Below are positions 1 to 12,238 of a DNA stretch of 64,000 bases, piece by piece. The first letter of the stretch is position 1. Each line of letters opens with the position of its first letter. This stretch comes from Podarcis tiliguerta (Eukaryota): assembly GCA_965153285.1 (NCBI GenBank), contig OZ229113.1. The stretch is one strand, 5' to 3'. Under the pieces are notes generated by a model. That model searched no databases and was not told the DNA's origin. It worked only from the letters and a program-made list of their open reading frames with translations. The translations under genes and the position numbers were made by a program.

Positions 1-607
1 CGATTCTAGCTCACTGAAACAGTCAAAACTAGAGGGAAATCCAGATGATCTGTAATTTCACAGTTGGCTGACTTTTGTGCTCTTTGCATAGGGTAGTGGG
101 TTTTTGTTTTGTTTTGTTAAAATCTTCTCTTGGGTTCTGAACGTGCATGTGGAATAATATTTCATTCATTTAACTATACATATAGGATAAATTCAAGAAC
201 CTGATTTACTGAATGCCACAAAATGTGTATTATGTCCAAATTATATTTTTTAAGTTTGCATATTTTTTTTGTACATAGCAATCTTATTATGTGATATGAC
301 TAAATTCTGTGCAACAGATCAGAGTCAATTTTACTAAACCATTGTATCCAGGAAAGCAAACCCAATTTCCCCTCTACATAGGATTTATCAAAGTTTTCTA
401 ATCTAAGAGGTATTGGCTGTTTATCAATGCATCAAGCACTGATGCAAGAAACTGCAAGTGTTCAAGTTTCTTCTTAGGGCAGCCTCTCTTTTGTCTCTCA
501 GGGAAGAAACCAAGATTCCAGATCTCCGAGCACTTACAAAGGACCTCAACTGTCTCAGAATAGCAGCTCAGTGAGGCAGCAAAAGCACGCAGTTAGTCAA
601 GTACACA

Positions 608-746
608 CAGGGCTGCCATACATCCAGATTTTACTAGGATTTCAAATGGGGAATTTCCAAAATGTGGTGCTTTGTCCTGGATCTTAGGTAAGCTCAACAA
701 CTTTTGGGGTGCCCTGGTTTTTACCTTTTGAAATATGGCAGCCCTA
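608..746. mobile_element. hAT-type non-autonomous MITE
   Basis: Terminal inverted repeats (C/T)AGGGCTGCCATA ... TATGGCAGCCCTA. Flanked by 8-bp AGTACACA (600-607) and AGTACGCA (747-754), 7/8 identical, which is the hAT TSD length. Confidence 0.8.
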
Positions 747-1404
747 AGTACGCAATACCTAGGCAGATCTTCTCCAATTCCTCTGTGCTGTAGTTGTTCA
801 AAGGGGCTCAAGGGGCACCAGGTTTTTATGCATATGTTCTTATCAAGCTACTCCACACTGTGTGTTTAGGAACCAAAATGTTGAATGGTAACTATTCCCA
901 ATTAGTTTTCTTGTGATTTCAGTAAAACCCTCCCCGTCCCCCACAGTTTATCTACTATGGCTTTAGCAGTGCTAAAATGGCATCGTGTCCCATGCAAAGA
1001 TCATGCAGTTTTACCTAGAGTTGATTAAACTTTATAAACTGCTATCAGTGGCTACAAATAATGATGGAAATATGCTGTTTCCAGAATCAAAGGAAGGCAG
1101 CATGTCCCTGAATAAGAGTTGATGAAGAACAGTAGTTGGGAGATGCTTATTGCCCTTGTGCAGTGGCAGAACAGACGGTGCTGTACCACTCATATCACCT
1201 CCCTCCAGCGGAGTCTCTCAAGTGGTGGTTAGATCAGCATGGTGCAAACCTGGCAGTGGAGCCACTCTGTCACTTCTGCTAACACATTTGCACCATATTA
1301 GCATCACTTCCGCTTTCCTCACCTCCTTGTTATCCTGGTATGCAGCAGTGACTCAGTCAAAGGGAGGCCAGGGGAGTGGTGCAGCCCCAGGACACCATAC
1401 ACTA

Positions 1405-1525
1405 TTGCCCTCATATCCTGCTTGTATGGGCTTCCTCCAAGCGCCTGGCTGGCCAGTGTGGAAACTGTTTACCGCACTATGGAGGCCTTTGGCTGGATGC
1501 AACAAGACTCTTCCAATCATTCTTA
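1405..1525 (+). mobile_element. Degenerate CR1 LINE 3' end
   Basis: Resembles the CR1 3' UTR seen at 58350-58540 (CCTGCTTGTATGGGCTTCC...CTGGCTGGCCAGTGTG...GGCTGGATGCAACAAGACTCTT). Highly diverged. Confidence 0.4.
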
Positions 1526-1827
1526 GGATACCATGCGATGTACATAATACAGCCTATGGCTTCCAGAAATGGATCAACTATAAATGAACTATTCTTTTGC
1601 TCCAGCTTTGGAATCCCAGTGCCTAGTTCTAGCTCTCCTATAAAGGATTTCCTGCATAAGGCTGGGAGCTGAACTAATATATCACTTTCACAATCCACAG
1701 TAGGTTCTTTATGGGCTTACTCATATGCTTATGCATTTGCTTTCTGGTTTTATGTATTTGCTTTCTATTTTAGCCTCTTTCACACAGCAGGCATGGGTCT
1801 ACTACAGTTTCAAAACATGTAAATCAC

Positions 1828-1928
1828 AGGTGGGAAACTACAACTTCTTTTATTCCTGACTGCAAGCCATGCTAGGTGGGGCTCATGGGAGTTAGAAGCC
1901 AAACATCAGGAGGGCCACAGACTGCCAA
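1828..1928. mobile_element. Degenerate short hAT-like MITE (ACTACAACTCCC...GGGAGTTGTAGT family)
   Basis: Internal inverted motif AACTACAACTTC...ATGGGAGTTAGA followed by ACATCAGGAGGGCCACAG. Similar copies lie near 63.0 and 63.5 kb. Confidence 0.45.
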
Positions 1929-2455
1929 TGGCTAATGTATGTCAAATACTGAAGCAGAAATGAAAAGAGGAGTGAAGAAACAAATCAGATATTCACATGG
2001 GGGGGGGTTGTTTAGAGGGATTAACTTTAAAAAGGTCAAACGTTAAAGCTTTAAAACAGAACCTCAAACAAAGTTTTTGTATTGGTTCATCACAAAGCAA
2101 CACATTAAGCATTTAAGGCTATGTTCAAAATACCCTGATTTGTATATGATATCCTTAATTTTAAATAATGGAGACAGCATAATAGACCATAGTGACCAAA
2201 TGTTCTGTATCTGTTGCCATACATTCTCATAATACTGCTATAATATGACTGTTTGTGATATTGGTATGTTGTTGTACTAGGGATAAGTTCATTTTAACCA
2301 TGCTAACCTGTCAGGTCAAATCCTAGCTGTTAGACCCAACTAGTTATGAGACCTTATACACCCCAAAATAAAACCATTGGAAAACAGTGGCTGCCACAGT
2401 AATAACCCTTTACTTTGGGCAGTGTCTTTAGCAATGGCTGATGACTGTATATAAA

Positions 2456-2809
2456 AAGGTAAAGGTGTAAAGGTACCCCTGCCCGTACGGGCCAGTCTTG
2501 ACAGACTCTAGGGTTGTGCGCCCAGCTCACTCAAAGAGGCCGGGGGCCAGCGCTGTCCGAAGACACTTCCGGGTCACGTGGCCAGCGTGACATTGCTGCT
2601 CTGGCGAGCCAGAGCCGCACACGGAAACGCCGTTTACCTTCCCGCTAGTAAGCAGTCCCTATTTATCTACTTGCACCCAGGGATGCTTTCGAACTGCTAG
2701 GTTGGCAGGCGCTGGGACCGAACAGCGGGAGCGCACCCCACCGCGGGGATTCGAACAGCTGACCTTTCAATCGGCAAGCCCTAGGCACTGAGGCTTTAAC
2801 CCATACCAC
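2456..2809 (-). mobile_element. Sauria SINE (subfamily A)
   Basis: (ACCTTT)n tail on the minus strand at ~2456-2480, tRNA-derived B-box (GGATTCGAAC on +), and conserved core CTATTTATCTACTTGCAC / GAACTGCTAGGTTGGCAGG. Near-identical to 50806-51184. Confidence 0.93.
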
Positions 2810-3885
2810 TAATTAAAGTTGCATTGCTTCCTGAATGTGAACTCCCAGGAGAACCCTACAGGGAGGAAGTTGTTTATAAGGAAGAAGCCCCTCCAGCAAC
2901 ATGAACTATTTCAAACTTTGAAAAGGAAACTCACTTCCAGTCATGTTAATTTGAATTTGTTTTGTTTTTAAAGTTAGGGCCATGGTAAGACAAGAAAAAT
3001 AACCAAATAAAAATCTTACCCATTTCCATTACAGCAGAAAAATACAACTTGGATTCAACAGTACTGCATCAACAGCTTTACTGGAAGCTCAAACTGAATG
3101 AGAACTTTTTTTTAACATCCCAGCTGGTATAAATTAATAAGCAACATCAAAGGCAAAGGCAAGCACCTGTGTTACTTGTACACAGGAGTAGCAAGGCCCT
3201 TAGATAAATAAGAGGCTACACTGAAACCCAGAGAGACAGACAGACGAATTAGACAGTGTGACAAGGATTTTTGCAAAGGAAATTCTTTGTAAGTGAATCA
3301 TTTAGTATGATCCTAGCTTGACAGGCTGGGCACTGCATTATGTTTAAGAATCCTACTGTTTTATTTTGTATTTTTATTACTACAAAGGCAGCCAGCAAGA
3401 GAACAAAAAAATAACACAAGACAAAGGATTTATCTCAGTACTATTTTATTCATCAATAGCTAAAATCGCATGATGTGCTTTCAAAGGGGCCTGCTGCATT
3501 CCCATACAAAGCTGAGAAGTGTCTGCCCAAATGTCTAGTGCTTTCCTATTAGTACCCTACAGCTATCTAAGCAAGCTGCCAGCAAAGGCTCTAACTATAC
3601 GTGATTAGTTTCAGGCCTTCATTTTTAGCGAGTCATCACCCTTTTAACAGCAGATGATGCCCCCTAGTTGGAATCAATGTGAGTGGACCAGTTCACAATG
3701 GGATAGATTAATGATGAAAAATGTGTCCTCAGCCTTGGGGCCTTAGGACATTTATCACCCAATGGGCCTGCCAATTGGTGGGCTGCCCCCAACTCATCAG
3801 GACAATACCTGCTCTGCCTTTAAAAGATAGGGCCCTCTTTAGAATTCTGATTTAATGAGGCTTAGTATCTGTCAGACACTCTCAT

Positions 3886-3928
<43 letters not shown>
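3886..3928. repeat. Compound microsatellite (CT)n(CA)n
   Basis: Directly visible. Confidence 0.95.
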
Positions 3929-5211
3929 AAATTTTACATTCAATTTGTTTTGTTTTTTACTGAAATAAAGTATTCTTTATTACAATAATTATTAGATTTT
4001 AGAGAATGCCATTTAAGCCAGTTTCATTTTTGAGATATGATAGGAAGGAGAAAAGACTACGGTTAATCTTTATATTATCCTTCCGTTTTCAAGTTCTTCT
4101 AAACTACAGAATTTTCTAGATAGAAAAACTATTGGAAGAAAAGGAAGTCTGGCTTAAACAATAAACATTAATCTATTTTCTTGTCAAAGTAGTTGGAACT
4201 TCCCCACTCCACCTTGCCTCCAGTTTAGGTACATTAGGAGCCGTCTTCACTTCAGCTTGCATAAAGAATTCAACATTAAGAATATTCACTTTCTGTCTTA
4301 GAACATTAATACACACATAAATGGCATGCAAGCTGTAATAAAACATGTAAATAGATGTTCAGCTTTATAACTATTAAATCATGGCATGGAGCATCTTACT
4401 TCCATTTCAAGGTAAGTCAGAAGTTTATGTTAGCAATTTGGGAGCAGTTCGATTTCCTACTGTGGCTTCCCTAAAGAAGCTGGGGTACTCCTGAGGCCAG
4501 CATTTGCCTTCAACGCACAAAGTGATGATAGCTGTCAGGTATTCCTCGCATTTATTTATTAAAATGTGTATAGACTGCCTTTTGTTATAAAATAGCAAGA
4601 CAGGATACAGGAAAGAATCAATTCAATACAATATTAAACAGTAAAATAAAGAACATGAATACTAGATATCCAAAAAAAATAATAGTGATAGTACTGGATC
4701 CATGATTTTTGTTTTGTTTGCAGTCTACCATTATAACCTTTAATTTCTTGGAGGGTGTAAGGGGAGGTGGGAGTTACATGAGAGGTACCCTGTGTAAAAT
4801 CATGCAAATTCAAGTGATATTTTTTAATAACTGGTTCAACTGTTATCAAGTCCCTATGGAAAAGCAAAGAATTAGTGTATGTGCATGAGCAATCTATTTT
4901 TTTCTGCCTTTCAGTGACCTGGGCCAGAGGTGATATAAGCAACCCGAGGGGAGGGTACATAGAAGTTTCTCAAAATTTCAAATATGCTCATAAGTCCCAA
5001 AAGTTTGGCAACCTCTGCTCTGGTGTATATAGGCAATAATTTCACCCTTCCAGAATGTTTGCCGCCCCGACTATTAGACTTTCAGTTATTTCTATCTGTA
5101 TCACTGAAACAAAGTATAAGATAGCGGCCCAGGCAATTTGAGTTTGCATATAACCTTGGAATAACTAAGTACTCTGTAACATTGCATTTGGCACTTTCCC
5201 TGCTCAGGCAC

Positions 5212-6068
5212 AATAATAATTTATAATAATAATAATTTATTATTTATACCTCGCCCATCTGGCTGGGTTTCCCCAGCCACTCTGGGCAGCTTCCAACAAA
5301 ACACTAAAATACAATAACCTATTAAACATTAAAGACCCTGATGTTGGGAAAGATGGAGGGCACAAGGAGAAGGGGATGACAGAGGACGAGATGATTGGAC
5401 AGTGTTCTCGAAGCTACAAACATAAGTCTGACCAAACTGCGGGAGGCAGTGGAAGACAGGAGTGCCTGGCATGCTCTGGTCCATGGGGTCATGAAGAGTC
5501 GGACACGACTAAACAACTAAACAACAACAAAATTAAACATTAAAAGCTTCCCTAAACAGGGCTTCTAAAAGTTTGGTAGTTATTTTTCTCTGACATCTGG
5601 TGGGAGGGCATTCCACAGGGCGGGTGCCACTATCGAGAAGGCCCTCTGCCTGGTTCTCTGTAACTTGGCTTCTTGCAGCGAGGGAACTGCCAGAACGCCC
5701 TCAGCACTGGACCTCAGTGTCCGGGCAGAACGATGGAGGTGGAGACGCTCCTTCAGATATACTGGACTGAGGCCATTTAGGGCTTTAAAGGTCAGCACCA
5801 ACACTTTGAATTGTGCTCGGAAACGTACTGGGAGCCAGTGTAGGTCTTTCAAGACCGGTGTTATATGGTCTCGGCGGCCGCTCCCAGTCACCAGTCTAGC
5901 TGCCGCATTCTGGATTAGTTGCAGTTTCCGGGTCACCTTCAAAGGTAGCCCCAAGTAGAGCTCATTGAAGTAGTCCAAGCAGGAAATAACTAGAGCATGC
6001 ACCACTCTGGCAAGGTAGGGTCTCATCCTGCGTACCAGATGGAGCTGATAAACAGCTGCCCTGGACAA
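5212..6068 (-). mobile_element. L2 LINE 3' fragment (ORF2 C-terminus + 3' UTR), interrupted by Bov-B
   Basis: ORF 5580-6068(-) has L2 motifs LDYFN..Y.GLP, KLQLIQNAAARLVTG, HITPVL..LHWLPV, RAFS..AP.LWN.LP. 3' stem-loop GGCTGGG-TTTC-CCCAGCC (5261-5278) and a (TAA/ATT)n tail. Confidence 0.93.
5334..5531 (+). mobile_element. Bov-B (RTE-clade) LINE 3' end, 5'-truncated
   Basis: Typical Bov-B 3' end (GACCCTGATGTTGGGAAAGAT...GGTCCATGGGGTC..GAAGAGTCGGACACGACT) with (CAA)n tail. 13-bp TSD ATTAAACATTAAA at 5321-5333 and 5532-5544. Confidence 0.92.
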
Positions 6069-7664
6069 AGAACCTCTGTGGTATTCAATGGAATCTTGAT
6101 CAAAGAGTCCAAATATTGTATCTCCATGGTTACACAGACTAACACGTGTTCATGCAATGTGTGAACCAGGACATATGTGGCTTGGTTACAATTAAAATGA
6201 TTGAGAGGAGGTAGAAACTTAAGTTCCTCCCCATAGCATCTATGGTTTTACCTTCTCACAGCTAAGTGCAGAGCTGTCACATAGTCTTTTGAAAGGTTTA
6301 GTCAGCCGGGTTTAATGGATCAGTCTGCTTTGTTATATTTTCCCCAAATTTATCAACATCTCTAACTTTGTTTCTGTAAACAGAAAAAGAACTCAACTGG
6401 GCTTGTTAGTACTCCTACTCCCTCAAGCTCTTATTTCATAAAGAATGAATTATTTCATTTGGTATTATGAAAACGCATCCTGCATGAGAAATTTCTTAAG
6501 AGCTCACAACTTTAAGCAAATCAGTATTCTGAGAATAACCAAAAAACAAAAAACAAAAAAACCAAGGCTTTTGTACCCACTAGCTTTCATTGATTGAATT
6601 ACCAGTACTTTTTGCAGGGAGGGACTATCTCAGTTCAGTTTTGAAATAAAAATAGAAATATACTTAAAGTTATTAGTGATGCTACTGATTTTCAAAATTT
6701 GGAAGGGCTGAAAAACAAATGCTAAATAGATAGATAGATAAAAACTCCCCCTTACACACTCCAATCTGCATATAATGATTTCTAGTACTGTATAATATCC
6801 ACACAAGGCAAACCCTATTCACATGAATAAGTGTTTTAAATAAATGTGAATAAACTTGCCAATCTATCCTAGCATATGGGAGGGAAGAGAAAAATTGTAA
6901 GTACGGAGTGGGGAGGCAGCAAAAATGATAAAAATGCTGTTTGTTATACAGTACTGGGGGCAAGAAATAAAAGAAAAACAAGAGGTTATTCAAAATGAAA
7001 TGAAGGGCTCTCTCTCTCTCTGATGATAGTAATAATAAAATGAATGGAAAGAGCAGTCTCCCGGGTGACAGCTACAACTAAAAAGCAGAGTGATAGCTAT
7101 GACTAGGAAGTCCCTCTATAAAGCCATTTCAGCCTTGAACCTACAACCTGGCCTTCAGCATGCCACTATTTCCACTTTCAGTCACAAAACTGCAAACCAG
7201 AAGTGGGAAAATGATCAATGGACCTTGATCATATGAAAACAAGCATCTGGACCAAATAGCCAATTGGTTTGCCAAGTTTAATCTTACAAATATGCTTAAT
7301 GAAAGTTATACATCTTAAGGGGGGTTGTGGTAACATCAGAATAGGGAAGGAAATAGATAAGAAAGATTTAATGAAAAAGATACGTTGTTGGTTGGGAACA
7401 ACTTACTCTACTATGCAAAAAAATAGGTAAGAAAATGATATAACAGATTGCAAAAAAAGTTGGTTAATAGGCAAAGGTAAGAGGATTAATGTAGATCAAA
7501 ATGTAGATTTAATAGTAGGTGAGGAAGCAGGAAGAATTAGTATAGATTGGAAAGAGGAGAAAGAGCTAGATGGGAGTTATAAAGAAAACGTCAAGAATTG
7601 ATAGAAGAGAACAAAATTATTGATAGTAAAATCAAGTTGTTATCTAACAAAGAGGAGGTATTTT

Positions 7665-7806
7665 GTCTCCGCTTCGCTAGCCCGATCGGTTTCTATACTG
7701 GCAGAGGAACGCTCACCAGCCCAATTGGCTTCTAAACTGTCAGAAGAACAGTCTTCCGTCTCTCTACAGTCAGTACAGAAGCTGATTGGGCTGGCAAAGC
7801 AGGGAC
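7665..7806. repeat. Three copies of a ~36-bp unit (two direct, one inverted), probable MITE/DNA-transposon remnant
   Basis: 7665-7700 matches the reverse complement of 7771-7806 at 28/36, and all mismatches are transitions. A partial third copy lies at 7716-7739. Confidence 0.7.
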
Positions 7807-8405
7807 ACAGCAATCTGCTTCATCAGACCAATACAGCTGGCACTATTTATTTATTTTTCCATTGGAAAATGGGTTGAGAAGGAAGCTAGTAATGTACAGA
7901 AAGAATTGCTTGCCACATTCCAGCTTGCTGTATTGCTGTTCCCTTTCTCAGCACACAACATAGAAGCCAAACTGAGAAATGTCAAGTTGTGTGTGCAAAT
8001 GGGTGTATCTGTTTTGACCCAACCCACTTGGGCTTGGGCTATGCCCATCACCAGTATGTTTTGTCCCCTAATCACTTTCCCCTGCAGGAATCTGATTGTC
8101 TGGTTAAGCAAGTTTTCTACACTGTAGTTTAGGGTTGATTTTGCAGGCAAACTGTACTTCCACATCCAGAAACACAATAGGCATCTAAATATATGAATTG
8201 CCTTAGGCTTTGGGGCTTTATTTCTACTGCCTGGGAGAATTGTATTACAAAACTACCAGGCTTGAAAAGAGCTATACATCTGACTTCAATGTTTCCTTAT
8301 TGTATCATGTTTTGGGAGGATGGCCCCACCCCCGAAATAATCTCTACGTTCAGTGAGGGATTGAAATTTGAGCAAACTCATAAATTTAGCAAGGGCTGGA
8401 AATAC

Positions 8406-9035
8406 CGTAATACCAACTAGCTTCCTCATGAGGCCAACTTGGCAAAGCTGGCTGAGGGTGGGTTGCAGAAGACACAGAAGGCTGATAATGGCCTGGTTTG
8501 TTTGATAATGGTAAGCCACTGGCAAAACATAAAACTCTCTGCCCAGGAGCTTCTGGGGTTGGATTTACCAATGGCCTGATGTAAGCAACAGGGAAAAGGG
8601 TCTTTTGCAATGGCCTTGAGAAACAAGAGGTTGCCAGGATGATTGGGGGCGGAGGGAGATACAGAAGGGGAAGAGTCGCTTTCTGCAAGTGCTGCTGGAA
8701 ACAAGGAGAAGGGAGGGAAGCAACTCAATGAAGGTACTGAAGGACAGCAGCCATGCTCACTGACTGGAGCAGGATATTACAAAGAGAGAGACAGAGATGG
8801 CACTTAGGATGCCTCAGAATCCAACGCTGTGTTGCTGGGAAGGACAAGCCCCTCTTGAGCAGTGAATGCTGTGAATTCTCTCCCCATCTAAATTCAGATG
8901 TAAATATGTATAAATAAACTATACTTCTTAAAGACACTGTGCCTCATTTTCCCCAAAGAAAACACAAACCTTGGTTAAGTGCCAAGATCCCTGGAATCTT
9001 CCGCCACTCAGAAGAGACTGGGGTGGCTTGTAACA
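8406..9035 (+). mobile_element. Probable solo LTR (Gypsy-like)
   Basis: ~630 bp bounded by (C>T)GTAA ... GTAACA, with a purine-rich U3-like body and AATAAA at 8913-8918 about 120 bp before the end. No perfect TSD (flanks AATAC / GTATT). Confidence 0.6.
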
Positions 9036-11017
9036 GTATTCATTTTCCCAGATTTCATCTGTTCCTGAGGCATGAAGACTTCACAGTAACTTGACAAGTA
9101 TGTGGAAATTGCTAGGGAAGGGCAGAAACTGCCATTTATCTTTCTCTTTTGTATTTTTTTCTGGTGTGTCTCAGATGATAAAAAGGTTCAAAATGTTCAA
9201 AAGACATTCCTCCATCCAGAATTTTGTCGTGTATGTGTGTTTGTGTGTGTACAGGGAGGGAGAAGCTCACAAAATATTGCTTTATACACAGGCTGCTAAT
9301 CTCAATACGAATTATGATATTTCATCTGACAGAAAAATAGGATTCTTTCCTGGAAAATGAACCAGGAGATAAAAGCTAAAATGAGGCTACTGGGTCAGGT
9401 TTTGTGTACTTTGCTCTCAGAGCTATTATCCTTGTTTTAAGAAATGTCTGGTTGAGCAGACCAGAAATCACAGCTCTTTGCTGTAAGTGAAGCACTCAGT
9501 TGTACAAATTACAGCATTTTTCACTTTACTTCACTCTTTTTCTTTTTTTTATTAAAGCAGTACCAACTACCAAAACAGATTTCAACCACCACTTAATAGT
9601 CAGGTGGTCTTTTATCTGTTTGCAAAGCAGATTTGCAAATGCAAATCAATGCAAAGCTTACTAAAGAAGATTTTATAGCATATGCTCAAATTTTAAAAAC
9701 AATTTCACAAGTAACATGAATGAGACAGAAGAAGAAAGCAACAAAGCCATTGTTTTTCTGCAAAACTAAACTGCAGATTTTACAGTCACAACACTAATAT
9801 GTTCCACTGTAATTTGTTTTTACCACCATCCTACTGATTTACCAGTAGGCACACTCAGGAATTGCAAAGCATATGCAAAGGTTTGGAGGCGTCAAGTATA
9901 CTGCAATAAAATATATGGTCTAAGCCTCTGGCCTCTGTTGATAAGCATCTCACATAAGCGAAATGCTGTGTGATTGCTTCAACATCTGGTTTACAGTCAA
10001 GCTGAAGCAGTCATAATAAAAATAGCATCATCAGCCTAGGGACCATTTGTGAATTTAAGAGCAGTGTGTGCTTTCAGATACCTTTTCTCCAGTATTACCA
10101 AAAAGAACATGCCACATGAACAATTAAGTGTTCTCACATTTAGGAGCTTGATATTTAATTTACTTGTTTTTGTTTCCTCTCTCTCTCTCTCTTTTCCTTA
10201 ACAGCACAGTGTTAAGGAAGTGTAGCTATTTTAATATTTTTTCATCTGTTTTCATCTAATCAAATGCTCTTCCTAAAGGTTGACTTTGCAAAACAGTCTC
10301 TCTCAATACAAGGTGCATATATCCTTTTTCACATCAAACCAAGTAAGTGATGCAATACCATGAACGTTGCCTCACCTTTGCTACAAGGGCACAGAGAGGA
10401 GGAAGGTGTCAGAATTCTTGTCACAATCCTGTCAGGTCCTTTTGCATAAAGAAGGGAACTACATTCAAAACTACAGCCCTCGGGAAAGTCAGAAGTGTGT
10501 TTACAAATATCATTGCTTTACCTACAGGTTATTAATCCTATCGTTGGGAAAAAGATCAGGTTGTTTGTCTGAAGATTAGACCTCTTCAGCTGGCTTCTGA
10601 GATTTCACAGTTCGGTACAAGAGGGCATAATACAGATCCATATCTAATCCCTTTCTGCACTAGTCACAGCTAGAAACAAATGAGATTCATGATGTCTGGA
10701 TATTTTTTTACTGGGTCTATTTGCGTACAACATGTCAATGAAACAAAGTACCTTAAACACAGAAGCTAGGCCTACCACTATCACTAAGCATATTTCAGTT
10801 AAAAGAGTTGTGAAGCTTTTGGCTTTTGTTTCTCCAGCATGGAAGAACTATTTAGTTCTGATGAAGTGTCTTTTTAAAACCTTTAAGAAAACACATTTAC
10901 TTTCAAAAACATCTAAAACAGCAAATGCAACAGTAGCTATTTTAAAAGGTAGGTTTCTCCATTTACTTTGGTGGAACAGAATAAATTATTTGACAGAACT
11001 GTGCTTGGTTTTCCTAT

Positions 11018-11604
11018 ATTTTATTTATTATTTATTTATTAATTGCAACCCTTCATCTGAAAATATCAGGGAAGTTCAGAGCATAAAAATGTAAGATAAA
11101 AACACACAATATATAATAAAAACATGACCAAAGACAAAACAACACCCCCCCCTCGAAAACATTTAAAAGGACATTGGAGTTAATCAGCCAAAGGCTTGCT
11201 TGAAGAGGAACGTTTTCACCTGGTGTCTAAAGGTGTATAATGAAGGTGCCAGGCAAGCCTCCCTGGGGAGAACATTCCACAAATGGGGAGCCACTGCAGA
11301 AAAGGCCCATTCTCGTGTTGCCAACCTCTTAACCTCTCTTGGAGGGGGCATAGAAAAGGGCCTCAGAGGACAATGCAGACCCAGGTTGATTCGTATGGGA
11401 GAGGCGATCCCAAACAAATTGAGATCCTGAGCTGTGTAAGTCAACACCAGCACTTTTGAATTGGGCCCAGAAACTAATCAGCAGCCGGTACAGTTGTGCC
11501 AGAATTGGTTTTATATGCTCAAACCACCTTGTTATGGTGAGCAAGCTTGTCATTGCATTTTGCACCAGCTGAAGTTTCCGAACCATCTTCAGAGGCAGCC
11601 CCAC
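11018..11604 (-). mobile_element. L2 LINE 3' fragment
   Basis: Frameshifted ORFs GLPLKMVRKLQLVQNA...HIKPILAQL and TREWAFSAVAPHLWNVLP...FRHQVKTFLFKQAF, plus a (TTTA)n tail. Confidence 0.9.
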
Positions 11605-12238
11605 ACATTGCCTGAATTACTTCTGAAGAGCATAAAATAACTATATAAATAAAGCTTTAACTGCCCAGTTAATGTATTCAGTTTCAGTCAACAAAAGCTT
11701 TATTTAAAAATAACATGATTTGCTAATTTGAAATACTTAACTTAAGCTGATGTAAGCTGTGAAGGGAAATAATATACACTTTACAATTAATGTTGTTTTC
11801 TCTGGAGATCCAGATAAGGTGTCCAGTAATAAGAATGTCTCTAGAGTAATTATTCATTGAACTGATCCTAATCAACAGATTCCTAATTACCTATATTATT
11901 TTGAGTAAGCAGGAGGTTGAAAAAAAAAAAACTATTAAACACCATCATAGACCAATCAGTCAGTCAACGTTTCAGGGGAAAAATTGGTAAATTATTTGAC
12001 TGTAACAATATATTCTATTCAGAATATAAGTTTATACAAGTTCTTTGGAACCACTTTATTTTGTAGGACAGCAGAGCATTAGTTATAGGTAGGTTGTTAT
12101 CTACGTCCATCTTTTTATCAGACAGTTTGATAACTCTTTCCTTCCGGTTAAGCCATTCCCTATGAGGAGCTCCCCTAAAGGAAATCATAATGAACCATGA
12201 TTGTGTTGTGAGTTGTTGGGACTTTATTTCAGCACACG

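Noticed and set aside
1150-1698. Overlapping 73-145 aa ORFs
   Set aside because: No recognisable domain. They overlap decayed repeat sequence and lack splice structure.
5580-6068. 162-aa ORF as a host gene
   Set aside because: It is the C-terminus of L2 ORF2, 5'-truncated and with an internal deletion.
7290-7660. Purine-rich segment as coding or viral sequence
   Set aside because: Stops interrupt the frames I read and there is no motif. Possibly a LINE spacer remnant, but unassignable.
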